A stretch of 64,000 bases of DNA. It comes from Nitrospinaceae bacterium. GTDB lineage: Bacteria > Nitrospinota > Nitrospinia > Nitrospinales > Nitrospinaceae. The stretch covers positions 2,592,001-2,656,000 of the forward strand of contig OZ245011.1 in the NCBI GenBank assembly GCA_965223665.1, given 5' to 3'. The position numbers were made by a program, and so were the translations under genes. This document shows, in pieces, positions 1 through 9,726 of this stretch. The notes under the pieces were generated by a model. The model saw only the letters and a list, made by a program, of their open reading frames with translations, made no database searches and was not told the origin of the DNA. Position 1 is the stretch's first letter; each line of letters opens with the position of its first letter.

Positions 1-47
1 ACTAAGAAAATTAATTGAACTAGCAAAATAAATAATCTCGTGCTCAT
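1..47 (-). CDS. 5' end of a probable secreted protein running off the left edge
   Basis: Minus-strand ATG at 47 preceded by GGAGAG RBS; reads MSTRLFILLVQLIFL (signal-peptide-like); not in the ORF track because truncated. Confidence 0.55.
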   Translation of the reverse strand, partial: MSTRLFILLVQLIFL

Positions 48-203
48 AATTATCTCTCCATATGTCAAATAAACCAGGGAATCTTTTTATTGGCCGAAAG
101 CTAAGTTTATAGATTGATATACGTTTCCCACCTTTAAAATCTTTAAAAAATCCAATATCAAATCCCTACTCATACCTTTAAATTTTTCCAAAAATTGGAA
201 CAC

Positions 204-240
204 GCTAAAAGGAAACCTCATTTTGGGGTTTCCTTTTAGC
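204..240. terminator. Stem-loop, probable intrinsic terminator after the 164-aa gene
   Basis: Perfect 14-bp inverted repeat gctaaaaggaaacc / ggtttccttttagc, about 60 bp past the stop codon at 303. Confidence 0.6.
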
Positions 241-302
241 TTTTAAAGATAAAGAACAAAAACAATTAATTTTAAAAAAAATATAAGTCAATATTTACTG
301 TT

Positions 303-797
303 TTATTCCATAGTCACAGAACCTACGCTTGCTTCGCTCCCTTGACCAATTGCTATATTGGCTGATTCTTTTACATCAGACTTATTAATTACTCTACCCT
401 TAACGGAAGAATTTTTCATGGTAACGCTCCCCATGTTTGCTGTTGCATTTTTTCCGACCGCAATGTTGGCTGATTTATCTACATTAGATCTATTAATTAC
501 TTTTCCTTTTACAGAAGAGTCTTCTAAGGTGACGCTACCCATGTTTGCTTTGGCATTTTTTCCAATTGCCATATTAGCTGATTTCTTAACATTGGATTTA
601 TTGATTACTTTCCCTTTTACATTAGAGTTTTTTAGAGATATACCACCCATTCGAGCCTTTGCATTTTTCCCTACAGCTATGTTAGTCGATTTTTTTACTT
701 TTGATTTGTTTAATAGCTTTCCTTTAACTTCTGAATCCGCATAGGCAGTTGAAATACCAAAAAGACAAAATATTAAAATTATTGTAAAATTTTTCAT
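303..797 (-). CDS. Secreted protein made of four 36-aa repeats (predicted beta-solenoid / amyloid-like)
   Basis: RBS GGGGGA; signal peptide ending AYA; mature part 144 aa = 4x36, consensus SxVKGKVINKSxVxKSANxAxGKNAxANMGSVTxxx; no Pro, Cys or aromatic residues. Confidence 0.85.
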   Translation of the reverse strand: MKNFTIILIFCLFGISTAYADSEVKGKLLNKSKVKKSTNIAVGKNAKARMGGISLKNSNVKGKVINKSNVKKSANMAIGKNAKANMGSVTLEDSSVKGKVINRSNVDKSANIAVGKNATANMGSVTMKNSSVKGRVINKSDVKESANIAIGQGSEASVGSVTME

Positions 798-1009
798 TTG
801 AGTCCCCCTATTAAAAATTAGACATATAAAGTTGGATTACATTAAACTTCGCCATTTTTAAATTAAAACTAATATCCCTCTTTAAATAAAAAAGAACCAT
901 AAGGAATCTAAAAATTTATTTTTCTATTTATAAAAGCTTGCCCATATCATTCAGAAATTATTAAAATTACCAAATGCAAGTCAGAAAAATCAGAAGATTC
1001 CTCAAAACG

Positions 1010-3058
1010 CTATTTAAAAACAATGGAATTTTTGTTGGAAGTTTTTCCTCCCACGGCAATATTGGTATTTTGACCAAAACTAAATAGAGATAAGTCCACA
1101 TCATTTATAATCAAACCAGATCCAGAAGAAGTACCAACGTTCCCACCTACATTGCGGTTTTTTATAACTACAGAACCTGAGTTTGCCTCACTGCCAGATC
1201 CTGCCGCTACATTTGTTACTAACGCGCCTTTTGCTCTATTAAAGATGTCGCCATCGAAGCTTCCATTTTCAAGAACCACAGACCCAAGGTTTGCTTTTGT
1301 ATTTCTACCAACAGCAATATTGGTTGCTATTCCTGCCCCTACGTTATTTACAATATTACCTTTCATAGAACTATTTTTCATACTTACAGAAGCTGTATTC
1401 GCCTCAGAATTACTTCCAACAGCAGCATTTGTTATTATTCCACCAACCGCGGTATTAGTGACACTTCCTTTTTTACTGCTGTTCTCCATATTTACGGAAC
1501 CTGTATTCGCCTTGCTATTACTTCCGATGGCAGCGTTTGTGATTATTCCTCCTGCAGCAGTATTCACTGTCGTGCCGGAGTTTTTGCTGTTCTCCATATT
1601 TACGGAACCTGTATTCGCCTTGCTATTACTTCCGATGGCAGCGTTTGTGATTATTCCTCCTGCAGCAGTATTCACTGTCGTGCCGGAGTTTTTACTGTTC
1701 TCCATATTCATGGAACCTGTATTCGCCTTGCTATTACTTCCGATGGCAGCGTTTGTGATTATTCCTCCTGCAGCAGTATTCACTGTCGTGCCGGAGTTTT
1801 TACTGTTCTCCATATTCATGGAACCTGTATTCGCCTTGCTATTACTTCCGATGGCAGCGTTTGTGATTATTCCTCCTGCAGCAGTATTCACTGTCGTGCC
1901 GGAGTTTTTGCTGTTCTCCATATTTACGGAACCTGTATTCGCCTTGCTATTACTTCCGATGGCAGCGTTTGTGATTATTCCTCCTGCAGCAGTATTCACT
2001 GTCGTGCCGGAGTTTTTACTGTTCTCCATATTCATGGAACCTGTATTCGCCTTGCTATTACTTCCGATGGCAGCGTTTGTTAAAGTCTGACCTGCGGCAG
2101 TATTTATGGAAGTACCGGAGTTTTTGCTGTTCTCCATATTCTTGGAACCTGTATTCGCCTTGCTATTACTTCCGATGGCAGCGTTTGTTAAAGTCTGACC
2201 TGCGGCAGTATTTATGGAAGTACCGGAGTTTTTGCTGTTCTCCATATTTACGGAACCTGTATTCGCCTTGCTATTACTTCCGATGGCAGCGTTTGTTAAA
2301 ATCTGACCTGCGGCAGTATTTATGGAAGTACCGGAGTTTTTGCTGTTCTCCATATTCTTGGAACCTGTATTCGCCTTGCTATTACTTCCGATGGCAGCGT
2401 TTGTTAAAGTCTGACCTGCGGCAGTATTTATGGAAGTACCGGAGTTTTTGCTGTTCTCCATATTCTTGGAACCTGTATTCGCCTTGCTATTACTTCCGAT
2501 GGCAGCGTTTGTTAAAGTCTGACCTGCGGCAGTATTTATGGAAGTACCGGAGTTTTTGCTGTTCTCCAAATCTAGGGAAGCTGTATTTGCTTTACTTTTA
2601 TTTCCTATAGCAATATTTGAAAGCATTTTCGAACTTGAGTTATTAACAACATCTCCTTTAACCTTACTTCCCGTCAGATTTACCGAATTTAAATTTGCTT
2701 TATTTTTGCTTCCAATCGCCAAGTTAACCTTATTCTTTCCTGTCGAAAAATTCAAAAGATTTCCATCTACTTCGCTTTTCTTTGAGCTTACAGAACCAAA
2801 GTTAGATTCATTATTCTTTCCAACAGCCAAATTGGCATTATTACTGCTCGAATCCTTATTAAGAATAAGTCCACTAGCCTTAGTATCCTTTAAATTTATC
2901 GACCCAAGGTTTGCTTTATTTTCTTTTCCAACAGAGATATTTGCAGAGTTTCTGGTTTTATTTAAGTTTATTACGGAACTTTTTACTTCCGATTCCGAAA
3001 AAACTAAAGAGGGATAAATAAATAAAAAGCCTACTATCCAAATAATTTTTTTGTTCAT
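1010..3058 (-). CDS. Large secreted protein with about 17 copies of the same 36-aa repeat
   Basis: RBS GGGAGG; signal peptide then ESEVK; 4 degenerate + 10 near-identical + 3 degenerate units (SKNSGTTVNTAAGGIITNAAIGSNSKANTGSVNMEN). Confidence 0.85.
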   Translation of the reverse strand: MNKKIIWIVGFLFIYPSLVFSESEVKSSVINLNKTRNSANISVGKENKANLGSINLKDTKASGLILNKDSSSNNANLAVGKNNESNFGSVSSKKSEVDGNLLNFSTGKNKVNLAIGSKNKANLNSVNLTGSKVKGDVVNNSSSKMLSNIAIGNKSKANTASLDLENSKNSGTSINTAAGQTLTNAAIGSNSKANTGSKNMENSKNSGTSINTAAGQTLTNAAIGSNSKANTGSKNMENSKNSGTSINTAAGQILTNAAIGSNSKANTGSVNMENSKNSGTSINTAAGQTLTNAAIGSNSKANTGSKNMENSKNSGTSINTAAGQTLTNAAIGSNSKANTGSMNMENSKNSGTTVNTAAGGIITNAAIGSNSKANTGSVNMENSKNSGTTVNTAAGGIITNAAIGSNSKANTGSMNMENSKNSGTTVNTAAGGIITNAAIGSNSKANTGSMNMENSKNSGTTVNTAAGGIITNAAIGSNSKANTGSVNMENSKNSGTTVNTAAGGIITNAAIGSNSKANTGSVNMENSSKKGSVTNTAVGGIITNAAVGSNSEANTASVSMKNSSMKGNIVNNVGAGIATNIAVGRNTKANLGSVVLENGSFDGDIFNRAKGALVTNVAAGSGSEANSGSVVIKNRNVGGNVGTSSGSGLIINDVDLSLFSFGQNTNIAVGGKTSNKNSIVFK
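1478..2568. repeat. Intragenic tandem array, 10 x 108 bp
   Basis: gaacctgtattcgccttgc recurs at 1497, 1605, 1713, 1821, 1929, 2037, 2145, 2253, 2361 and 2469 (period 108). Confidence 0.97.
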
Positions 3059-3840
3059 TACGCTCGGAGCCTCCCTTGTTGAGAGAGTATTTTTAAAATA
3101 ATTTTAAAGAAAAGGTATTTATGTAATTTTGGGAAAATACATTTAATTAACCAACGTCAAGGATGTTGAATTAATTTAATTACTACTTTTAGTTTTTATT
3201 ACTCAAACATTAAAAAAATCGGAAAACACCTTATTTTACTGTGTCACCATTAATTATAACTTTATAAGGATAATATAATTTGATAAATCTTGCTATTTAT
3301 ATAGGAATAAGTCAAACAATTTTTGAGACCAAAGTTATACCCTGAAGATTAGTTTTGGGAAAAATTGCCTATCAAGAAGGAACCCAAGGCACTCTGAAAG
3401 GGGTAACCTTATAACGAATTGATCTTATTATACTATTGTAAAGTATTAAAACAATTAGATTTAAAGACAAAACTTGGTAATAAAATAGGAGATATATTCA
3501 TTGGAGCTTGTTCGATACCAGGTTGGGGTTTATTGTTTTTAGCAATTTTCTCTTTTCTTACCAAGGTGAACCCTGGTCAAATCCCCTATTGAGAAAATTT
3601 TTACTATTGACACATAGTTTTAAAAATTAATTTCCTATTTAGCTGGCTCATCAAATAGCTGAGAATTTTTCACTACAAAAAATTGGTTGGAATATTTATT
3701 CTTACTCTAATTTAATCTTTTTAAGATAAGCGGGAAAAGTAGAATGCCATTATATTATCTAAAGAGGGTAAATTATGATTAATCAAAAAAACTTTTGGAA
3801 AAAATTGCCAAATAACAGATAAGATTTAATAGAGAAATAA

Positions 3841-4260
3841 ATGTTAAATTTTTTAATAGTTAAAAGCAGAATTAAGCTGTTTATTTTCCTTATTTTGTTA
3901 ACACCAAATGCTGTTTTACTCTGTTTAGTCCACCCTGCCATGGCTAAAAATATTTTGGTCAATCCTCCTTTTTCAGGTTCAAAATATGAGGTAGAAGCAG
4001 TAGAAGCTAATGCTTTTTCTTCAGGTCAGGTAATAGTCAATGGTAGAGTAAAAAATACCGATTTAATGCCTGTAAAAGGCTACGTGGTAATTTATTTTTT
4101 AGGTGAAGGAGAAGACTTATTACAAATCCGTGAAACAGAAGTTAATAACAAGAAAGAAATTGGTCCTGGATTGACTGGGAATTTTAAAATTATTACTCAA
4201 ATAGAAAACCAAAAAAACTTAAAGAGAGTTTATGTCGAATTTTTTAAATTACCACCTTAA
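3841..4260 (+). CDS. Exported protein, FxLYD/DUF3426-like Ig-fold domain
   Basis: N-terminal hydrophobic segment ending AMA; VIVNGRVKN...VVIYFL...IGPG.TGNFKI pattern. Confidence 0.55.
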   Translation: MLNFLIVKSRIKLFIFLILLTPNAVLLCLVHPAMAKNILVNPPFSGSKYEVEAVEANAFSSGQVIVNGRVKNTDLMPVKGYVVIYFLGEGEDLLQIRETEVNNKKEIGPGLTGNFKIITQIENQKNLKRVYVEFFKLPP

Positions 4261-4594
4261 AAATAAAAAAACTATTCAAGCCAAATTATGGTATGAGAAC
4301 TACTTTTCACAAAACTTTCTAATTAAGGTTTTAAATTTATTAGCGTAAATATGATTTAGGTAAATTTCTATACTAAAAACTTAAAATAATATAATCATTT
4401 ACCATTTTTTTTATTCTTATTATTTGTCCAAAACATGTAATATTTTTAATCAAAATAATTAATTTTTATTACATTTTATCCGAAATTTTATGAAGAATAA
4501 CTTGATCACCATATCTCCCGGGTCATAAAATGAAAAATTATTCCAAAATCCTTTTTGAGATAATCCAAAGTTATTAAAACAAAATTTAAAAGTT

Positions 4595-5758
4595 ATGCAA
4601 TTAATAAAAATGCCTATATATAAAAACGTAGCGCGACTTTTAATTTATTTTGCCTTAACATCGATATTCTATTCCTTTCACATGGCTGAGGGATTTGAAC
4701 AAAACACACCTCCCCTTAGGAAAAATGTTGAGTTGATACTAAAGTCAATTCACCATCAAAATCAACTTGAAGGAAAAAAAGTTACAGCTTTTTATATTTA
4801 TGAAAGAAACTCTAAAAAATCTTGCTCTCTCTCTAATACTCTGACAGATATAATTCAAGATGTTCTTCATAGCGTTAGAGAGTATGTTAAATTCACTATC
4901 CTTACCCGGGATGAAATTGATATTATTGAGCAAGAAACTTTAATAAAGGCCGGTGGTGGTATCGATTCGGAAGATACCTCCTACGATCCAATTTCTCTTC
5001 TAGGTTCGGCAGATGTGATAATTTCCGCGACTTATCAAAATTTTAACAATAATTCTTTTAACGTTGCACTAAAAGCCATAAAAATAGAGGAAAATGGAGC
5101 AAAACAATTAGCATTTAAGAAAGTGCTGTTAAAAAAAAATGGCTTGAGTAATGAGGATCTAAAATGTCTTACATCAACCGGAAAAAGCAATGACTCTACA
5201 GATATTTCCGCAAAGTTTACTTTTTTAAATGATAATAACTTACGATTGGAGTCGGGGGCAAGGGTCACAAAAGGGGAGCGTTACCATATTTTACTTGAAG
5301 TAACTCAAACCTCTTGGGTCTATACTTTTGGTATTGATGGGAGTTCAATATTATCGCCAATTTTCCCACATTATAAAATAATTTATAGCAATCCCCTTAA
5401 ACCAGGAAAAACCTATCAACTTCCGGGCTCGGGACAACAATATCGTTTTGATGACACAAAAGGGGAAGAGACATTTTATACATTGATTTCAAATAAACCT
5501 CTAGACCGCCTGGAAAAGTTGCTCACTCTTGCTTCTAAGGAAAAAGTAACAATCACCAAAAAAGAATTGTTTGGGAAACATATGGTACAAAGTTTAGATT
5601 ATTCTGTATCAGAGGCAAGGAAAGAATTGCATAAATATGGGCGGGGGATAATTATTGAAAATATTGATACCAACAATAATAAAGCTAATAATGTATTTGA
5701 ACACTTGGAGTCAGATACTGGTTTAATCATCAGGAAATTAGAGTTTGATCACTATTAA
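4595..5758 (+). CDS. Exported protein: CsgG/FlgO-like N-terminal domain + DUF4384-like C-terminal domain
   Basis: Signal-like N-terminus; ILTRDEIDIIEQE...LLGSADVIISATY resembles the CsgG/TolB_N fold; WVYTFGIDGSS...PIFP...LKPGKTYQLP...GEETFY resembles DUF4384. Confidence 0.55.
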   Translation: MQLIKMPIYKNVARLLIYFALTSIFYSFHMAEGFEQNTPPLRKNVELILKSIHHQNQLEGKKVTAFYIYERNSKKSCSLSNTLTDIIQDVLHSVREYVKFTILTRDEIDIIEQETLIKAGGGIDSEDTSYDPISLLGSADVIISATYQNFNNNSFNVALKAIKIEENGAKQLAFKKVLLKKNGLSNEDLKCLTSTGKSNDSTDISAKFTFLNDNNLRLESGARVTKGERYHILLEVTQTSWVYTFGIDGSSILSPIFPHYKIIYSNPLKPGKTYQLPGSGQQYRFDDTKGEETFYTLISNKPLDRLEKLLTLASKEKVTITKKELFGKHMVQSLDYSVSEARKELHKYGRGIIIENIDTNNNKANNVFEHLESDTGLIIRKLEFDHY

Positions 5759-5902
5759 TTTTAAAATTCAACATTTTTCCATAATACCTTTTTCCCACCA
5801 AAGAATTTTGATTAACCTGTTTACTTGGATTTCATTGGGAAAAAAATATTTAATTTTTTTGAATATAAATCAAGAGACCAATCTCAAATATGAAAAACTA
5901 CA

Positions 5903-7051
5903 ATGAGAACTCTAGGATTATTATTCTTTTCGATGTTTTTTGTTTCAACATTGAACATTTCCACGGCGAAAGCCCAAAATAAAGAATGGATCACGATTGA
6001 AGGAATTGCTCCACTTGGCCCAGACTCTGAGAATTTGGCATTAAGAGATGCAATGCGAAAAGCAATTCAGCAAGTTCTTGGTGTAATGGTTGAGTCGCAA
6101 ACATTGGTAGAAAACTTCCAAGTAATATCCGATAAAATACTCACAGCCAGCCAAGGTTATGTTTCAGATTATAAAATAGTTTCTAGCGGACTTGAACCAT
6201 CTAAAGAAGTATATAAAGTAATTATACAAGCAAAAGTAAAGCGCAAAGCTATCTTAGATGATATCAGAGGATTAAAAATATTTATCAATACTAAACTAGA
6301 TAATAAGCATCTGATGATTATTTATCATAAAAGATCTAATGGGTTGGACCGCAAAAATAAGGCTGTAAAAAGTGCTCAAAATTCCATTCGAAACTATTTT
6401 TTAAAAAAACAGTTTCGTGTTTTCAACGAGGATGCAGTAACCCCAATATACGAAAAAATTAAAGAATTAGGCGAGGACTTTTCAGATAAAAAATTAAACC
6501 AATTGGCCATTAATCAGGATGCTGAATTATTAATAAAATTCAGCCTAAGTAGTAGAACAAAACCTGGCCCAACTTTTTCAATTGTTATTGCAACAGTAAC
6601 AACAAAAGTTTTTAATCCTTCAACTGGAAAAATACTTGGTTCTTCAGAAAAAAGCACAAAACAAATTTATCCATCTAACAATAATTTAGCATTTGAGGAA
6701 GCTCTAATAAAAGCTTCAGTTCAAGCAGCTAAGTCGACATCATCCTCAATTGTAGAAATGATACTAACTAATTTATCTATTTCGGATACAAAAGAATTCC
6801 TAATTATTTTTAAAAATTTTGAAGAAAAAGAGATGGACCAAATTTATTCACTTGTAAAATCGATTGGCTTTCGAAAATTTCGAGAACTAAGGTTTGAGCC
6901 TTATTTTTTAGAATTGGAAATATTCGAAGACATTGAAAGCACATCAAACATCAGACGAATTTTAAAAAATGCTCTAGAAAATAAAGGGCTTTTACTAGAA
7001 ACCCTAGAAACATCTGGAAACCGTATTATTTTTAAACGAAAAAAAAGCTGA
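5903..7051 (+). CDS. Exported protein with FlgT N-terminal (LPP20-like) domain and alpha/beta middle domain
   Basis: Signal peptide (AKA); ITIEGIA...ALRDAMRKAIQQVLGVMVESQTLVENFQVISDKILTASQGYV typical of FlgT_N-like proteins. Confidence 0.6.
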   Translation: MRTLGLLFFSMFFVSTLNISTAKAQNKEWITIEGIAPLGPDSENLALRDAMRKAIQQVLGVMVESQTLVENFQVISDKILTASQGYVSDYKIVSSGLEPSKEVYKVIIQAKVKRKAILDDIRGLKIFINTKLDNKHLMIIYHKRSNGLDRKNKAVKSAQNSIRNYFLKKQFRVFNEDAVTPIYEKIKELGEDFSDKKLNQLAINQDAELLIKFSLSSRTKPGPTFSIVIATVTTKVFNPSTGKILGSSEKSTKQIYPSNNNLAFEEALIKASVQAAKSTSSSIVEMILTNLSISDTKEFLIIFKNFEEKEMDQIYSLVKSIGFRKFRELRFEPYFLELEIFEDIESTSNIRRILKNALENKGLLLETLETSGNRIIFKRKKS

Positions 7052-7643
7052 CCATTATCTAATCTTAAATATATACAGTCCCTATGATTTACGAAAACTT
7101 TAAGCAAAGAAAGGGATCCGGCAATACCACTTGGTCTTTGTTAAATGGATTCAATCAAAAACCCATATACAAATTTTAAACAAACTATTCAATGACCTTC
7201 TCCCCGAAACCTTTACGGGTTAGACGGTTATTCAGTCAAAGTCATAATTCAACCAAAAACAATTGCAGCTTAAAATTTACACTGGTACATATAAGAGACG
7301 GATAAATTTCTGCTGGATCAGATTTTTAAGTTTGATTGGAATCCGCAGGTCTTGCCAACGATCTATTTATCAGTAACCCTTCCTTGAGTGTTGCATTTTT
7401 AACACCCACTTATCGAGGGTTCGAGGGGACAACCAGAAAAAATGGTTGATTTTTAAAGGGTTAAAATGGGTCCTAGGTTCCAAGAACCATGCAAGACACC
7501 GAAAATAAACACTCCACCGTTTATTAACGGACGATCGGTCATTATTCCATGTTGAATAACTAGACAATTTCATTTAATAAAGGGTTGCCCCACTAGATTT
7601 AGTTTTTAGCGAAACTGAAAAGGCATTCAAGGGAGGAAAATCA

Positions 7644-9230
7644 TTGGCTTCAAAGCGTCTCATCAGTGGAGATATCCCCGTTATTGATCTTTTTGCCGGT
7701 CCGGGTGGACTGGGGGAAGGATTCAGTCAGTTCCGTATCCCGAATAAACAACCATTCAAAATAGCGCTCTCCATTGAGAAAGATCCAATTGCTCACAGTA
7801 CGCTTGAACTCCGTAGCTTTTTTCGTCAGTTCATCAGAAACGGAGTGCCTGAAGACTATTACCGTTTTCTGAGAGGTGAACTGACCAGAAAAGAGCTATT
7901 TGACCGATTCCCGATTGAAGCTTCTGATTCAAAAAGAGAAGCATGGCATGCCACATTGGGAGAAACACCCCAGAAGGAAATCAGTCAGCGCATAAAGGCC
8001 GCGGTTGGAGATAAAAAGCTCTGGGTTCTTACCGGTGGCCCGCCCTGCCAAGCATATTCACTGGTGGGCCGATCCCGTAAGGGCGGAATAGATTCGAAAG
8101 ATAAAAATGTCAGACTCTATATTGAATATCTTAAGATTATCAGTCAGTTTTCTCCGCCTGTTTTCATCATGGAAAATGTTAAGGGTCTCCTTTCTTCAAA
8201 ACTGGGAAACCATAAAATTTTTGATCAAATACGATCCCAGCTTGAAAACCCGGATTCCATTACAGAAGTAAGACACTCTCGGAAATCCCACCGGGCTGGG
8301 CATATTCCAACATACAGGATTTTTTCCTTGGTTCATGAACCCCGGGGAATAGATTTCTGGGGAAATCCCGTATATGAAAGCACAGATTATGTTATCAGGT
8401 GTGAAAATTTTGGAATTCCACAGGCACGACACAGAATAATATTAATGGGAATCCGTGAAGACTTGGATCGTACCCCCATTCCACTCAGGAAAAAGGATTC
8501 CTTCGTTACAGTTAAGGAAGCTCTTAGGGGTCTACCCAAGATTCGCAGTGGCCTGTCGAAATCTGAAGACAGTTCCAAGCTCTGGAAAAATCTATTGAAA
8601 AGTGCATCCGGACAATTCTGGGTCTCTCAGATAAAAAGAAAACATCCAGAAGTTTACAAGAACGTCATAAAGGTCCTTGACCAGTTATCTTCCCCACTGA
8701 AAAACCGTGGTGGTGAATTTATTCCCTGGCAGATCACTAATAGTAAAGACTTTCTCCTGAATTGGCTTGAAGACAGTCAAATTGGTGGAGTCTGCAACCA
8801 CACCTCCAGGGGACATATGGAGGAAGACCTGTATCGATATCTTTTTGCCGCCTGTTATGCCAAGGTCTTCAGAGAATCACCCAAGCTTGGCGATTTTCCC
8901 GAAATTCTTCTCCCAAAACATAACAATGTACCTAGAGCCGTGAAGGGTTCCCTATTTTCAGATCGCTTCAGAGTTCAGATCTCGAACAAACCAGCCACTA
9001 CCATCACAAGTCATATCTCAAAGGATGGTCATTATTATATACACTATGATCCTCAGCAGTGCCGCAGTCTAACAGTCAGAGAAGCAGCAAGACTCCAGAC
9101 CTTTCCTGACAATTACTTTTTTTGTGGACCCCGTACAGCACAATATACCCAAGTAGGAAATGCTGTGCCCCCCTATCTGGCACTGCAGATTGCTGAAACC
9201 GTATTTAATGTGCTTAACCAAGATGAGTAA
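7644..9230 (+). CDS. dcm: DNA (cytosine-5) methyltransferase, long form
   Basis: TTG start with GGGAGG RBS; motifs DLFAGPGG, GGPPCQ, ENVKG, QARHR, RSLTVREAARLQTFPD, GNAVP. Confidence 0.95.
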   Translation: MASKRLISGDIPVIDLFAGPGGLGEGFSQFRIPNKQPFKIALSIEKDPIAHSTLELRSFFRQFIRNGVPEDYYRFLRGELTRKELFDRFPIEASDSKREAWHATLGETPQKEISQRIKAAVGDKKLWVLTGGPPCQAYSLVGRSRKGGIDSKDKNVRLYIEYLKIISQFSPPVFIMENVKGLLSSKLGNHKIFDQIRSQLENPDSITEVRHSRKSHRAGHIPTYRIFSLVHEPRGIDFWGNPVYESTDYVIRCENFGIPQARHRIILMGIREDLDRTPIPLRKKDSFVTVKEALRGLPKIRSGLSKSEDSSKLWKNLLKSASGQFWVSQIKRKHPEVYKNVIKVLDQLSSPLKNRGGEFIPWQITNSKDFLLNWLEDSQIGGVCNHTSRGHMEEDLYRYLFAACYAKVFRESPKLGDFPEILLPKHNNVPRAVKGSLFSDRFRVQISNKPATTITSHISKDGHYYIHYDPQQCRSLTVREAARLQTFPDNYFFCGPRTAQYTQVGNAVPPYLALQIAETVFNVLNQDE

Positions 9231-9643
9231 TGGCCGATCAAATCTCACCCGAGCACAGAAGTTGGAACATGTCCCGAATCAGGGGCAAAGATACAAAACC
9301 CGAAAAGATTGTACGCTCAATACTTCATAAATCGGGTTACCGTTTCAGACTCCACCGTAAAGACCTTCCAGGAAAACCTGACATTGTTCTTCCCAAATAC
9401 AACACAATAATATTTGTCCATGGCTGTTTCTGGCACCGTCACAAGAACTGTCGTTTTGCTTATACTCCCAAATCCAGAAAGGAGTTCTGGAATGCAAAGT
9501 TCAGAGATAACAAAAGAAGAGACAAAAAGAACCAAAAAAAATTGAAAAATCTTAATTGGAGGGTAATCACAATCTGGGAATGCCAAACCCGAAATCTTGA
9601 ACTAATCAGGAAAATAATTAAAAAAAACCTAGAAGGCACCTAA
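9230..9643 (+). CDS. vsr: Very short patch repair endonuclease Vsr
   Basis: RSWNMSRIRGKDTKPE, LPGKPDIV, FVHGCFWH; TAATG coupling with dcm. Confidence 0.95.
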   Translation: MADQISPEHRSWNMSRIRGKDTKPEKIVRSILHKSGYRFRLHRKDLPGKPDIVLPKYNTIIFVHGCFWHRHKNCRFAYTPKSRKEFWNAKFRDNKRRDKKNQKKLKNLNWRVITIWECQTRNLELIRKIIKKNLEGT

Positions 9644-9726
9644 TGTATTTGGGACTTCATTTAAATCCATCACAACCAATATCACAATTATGAGTGTTCA
9701 TTCCTTGTCCGATTTTAATAGAGTTC

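Noticed and set aside
1478-2568. CRISPR array
   Set aside because: Units are contiguous 108-bp in-frame repeats with no unique spacers, and no cas genes are in the window
358-3017. Plus-strand ORFs 358-744, 1152-2090, 2077-2610 and 2538-3017
   Set aside because: Antisense shadows of the repeat genes; the minus-strand frames have the RBSs and signal peptides
303-3058. Direct assignment as csgA/csgB or fapB/fapC
   Set aside because: Repeat lacks the Gln-containing consensus of either family, and no recognisable csg or fap operon genes are present
3059-3840. Riboswitch or ncRNA in the long intergenic gap
   Set aside because: No c-di-GMP or other riboswitch consensus recognisable by eye; needs an Rfam scan
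5903-7051. Flagellar gene flgT
   Set aside because: Only domain-level resemblance and no flagellar context
7370-7573. 67-aa ORF, and gagggttcga near 7415 as a left att site
   Set aside because: No recognisable protein; the 10-nt match is inverted relative to the tRNA fragment and too short
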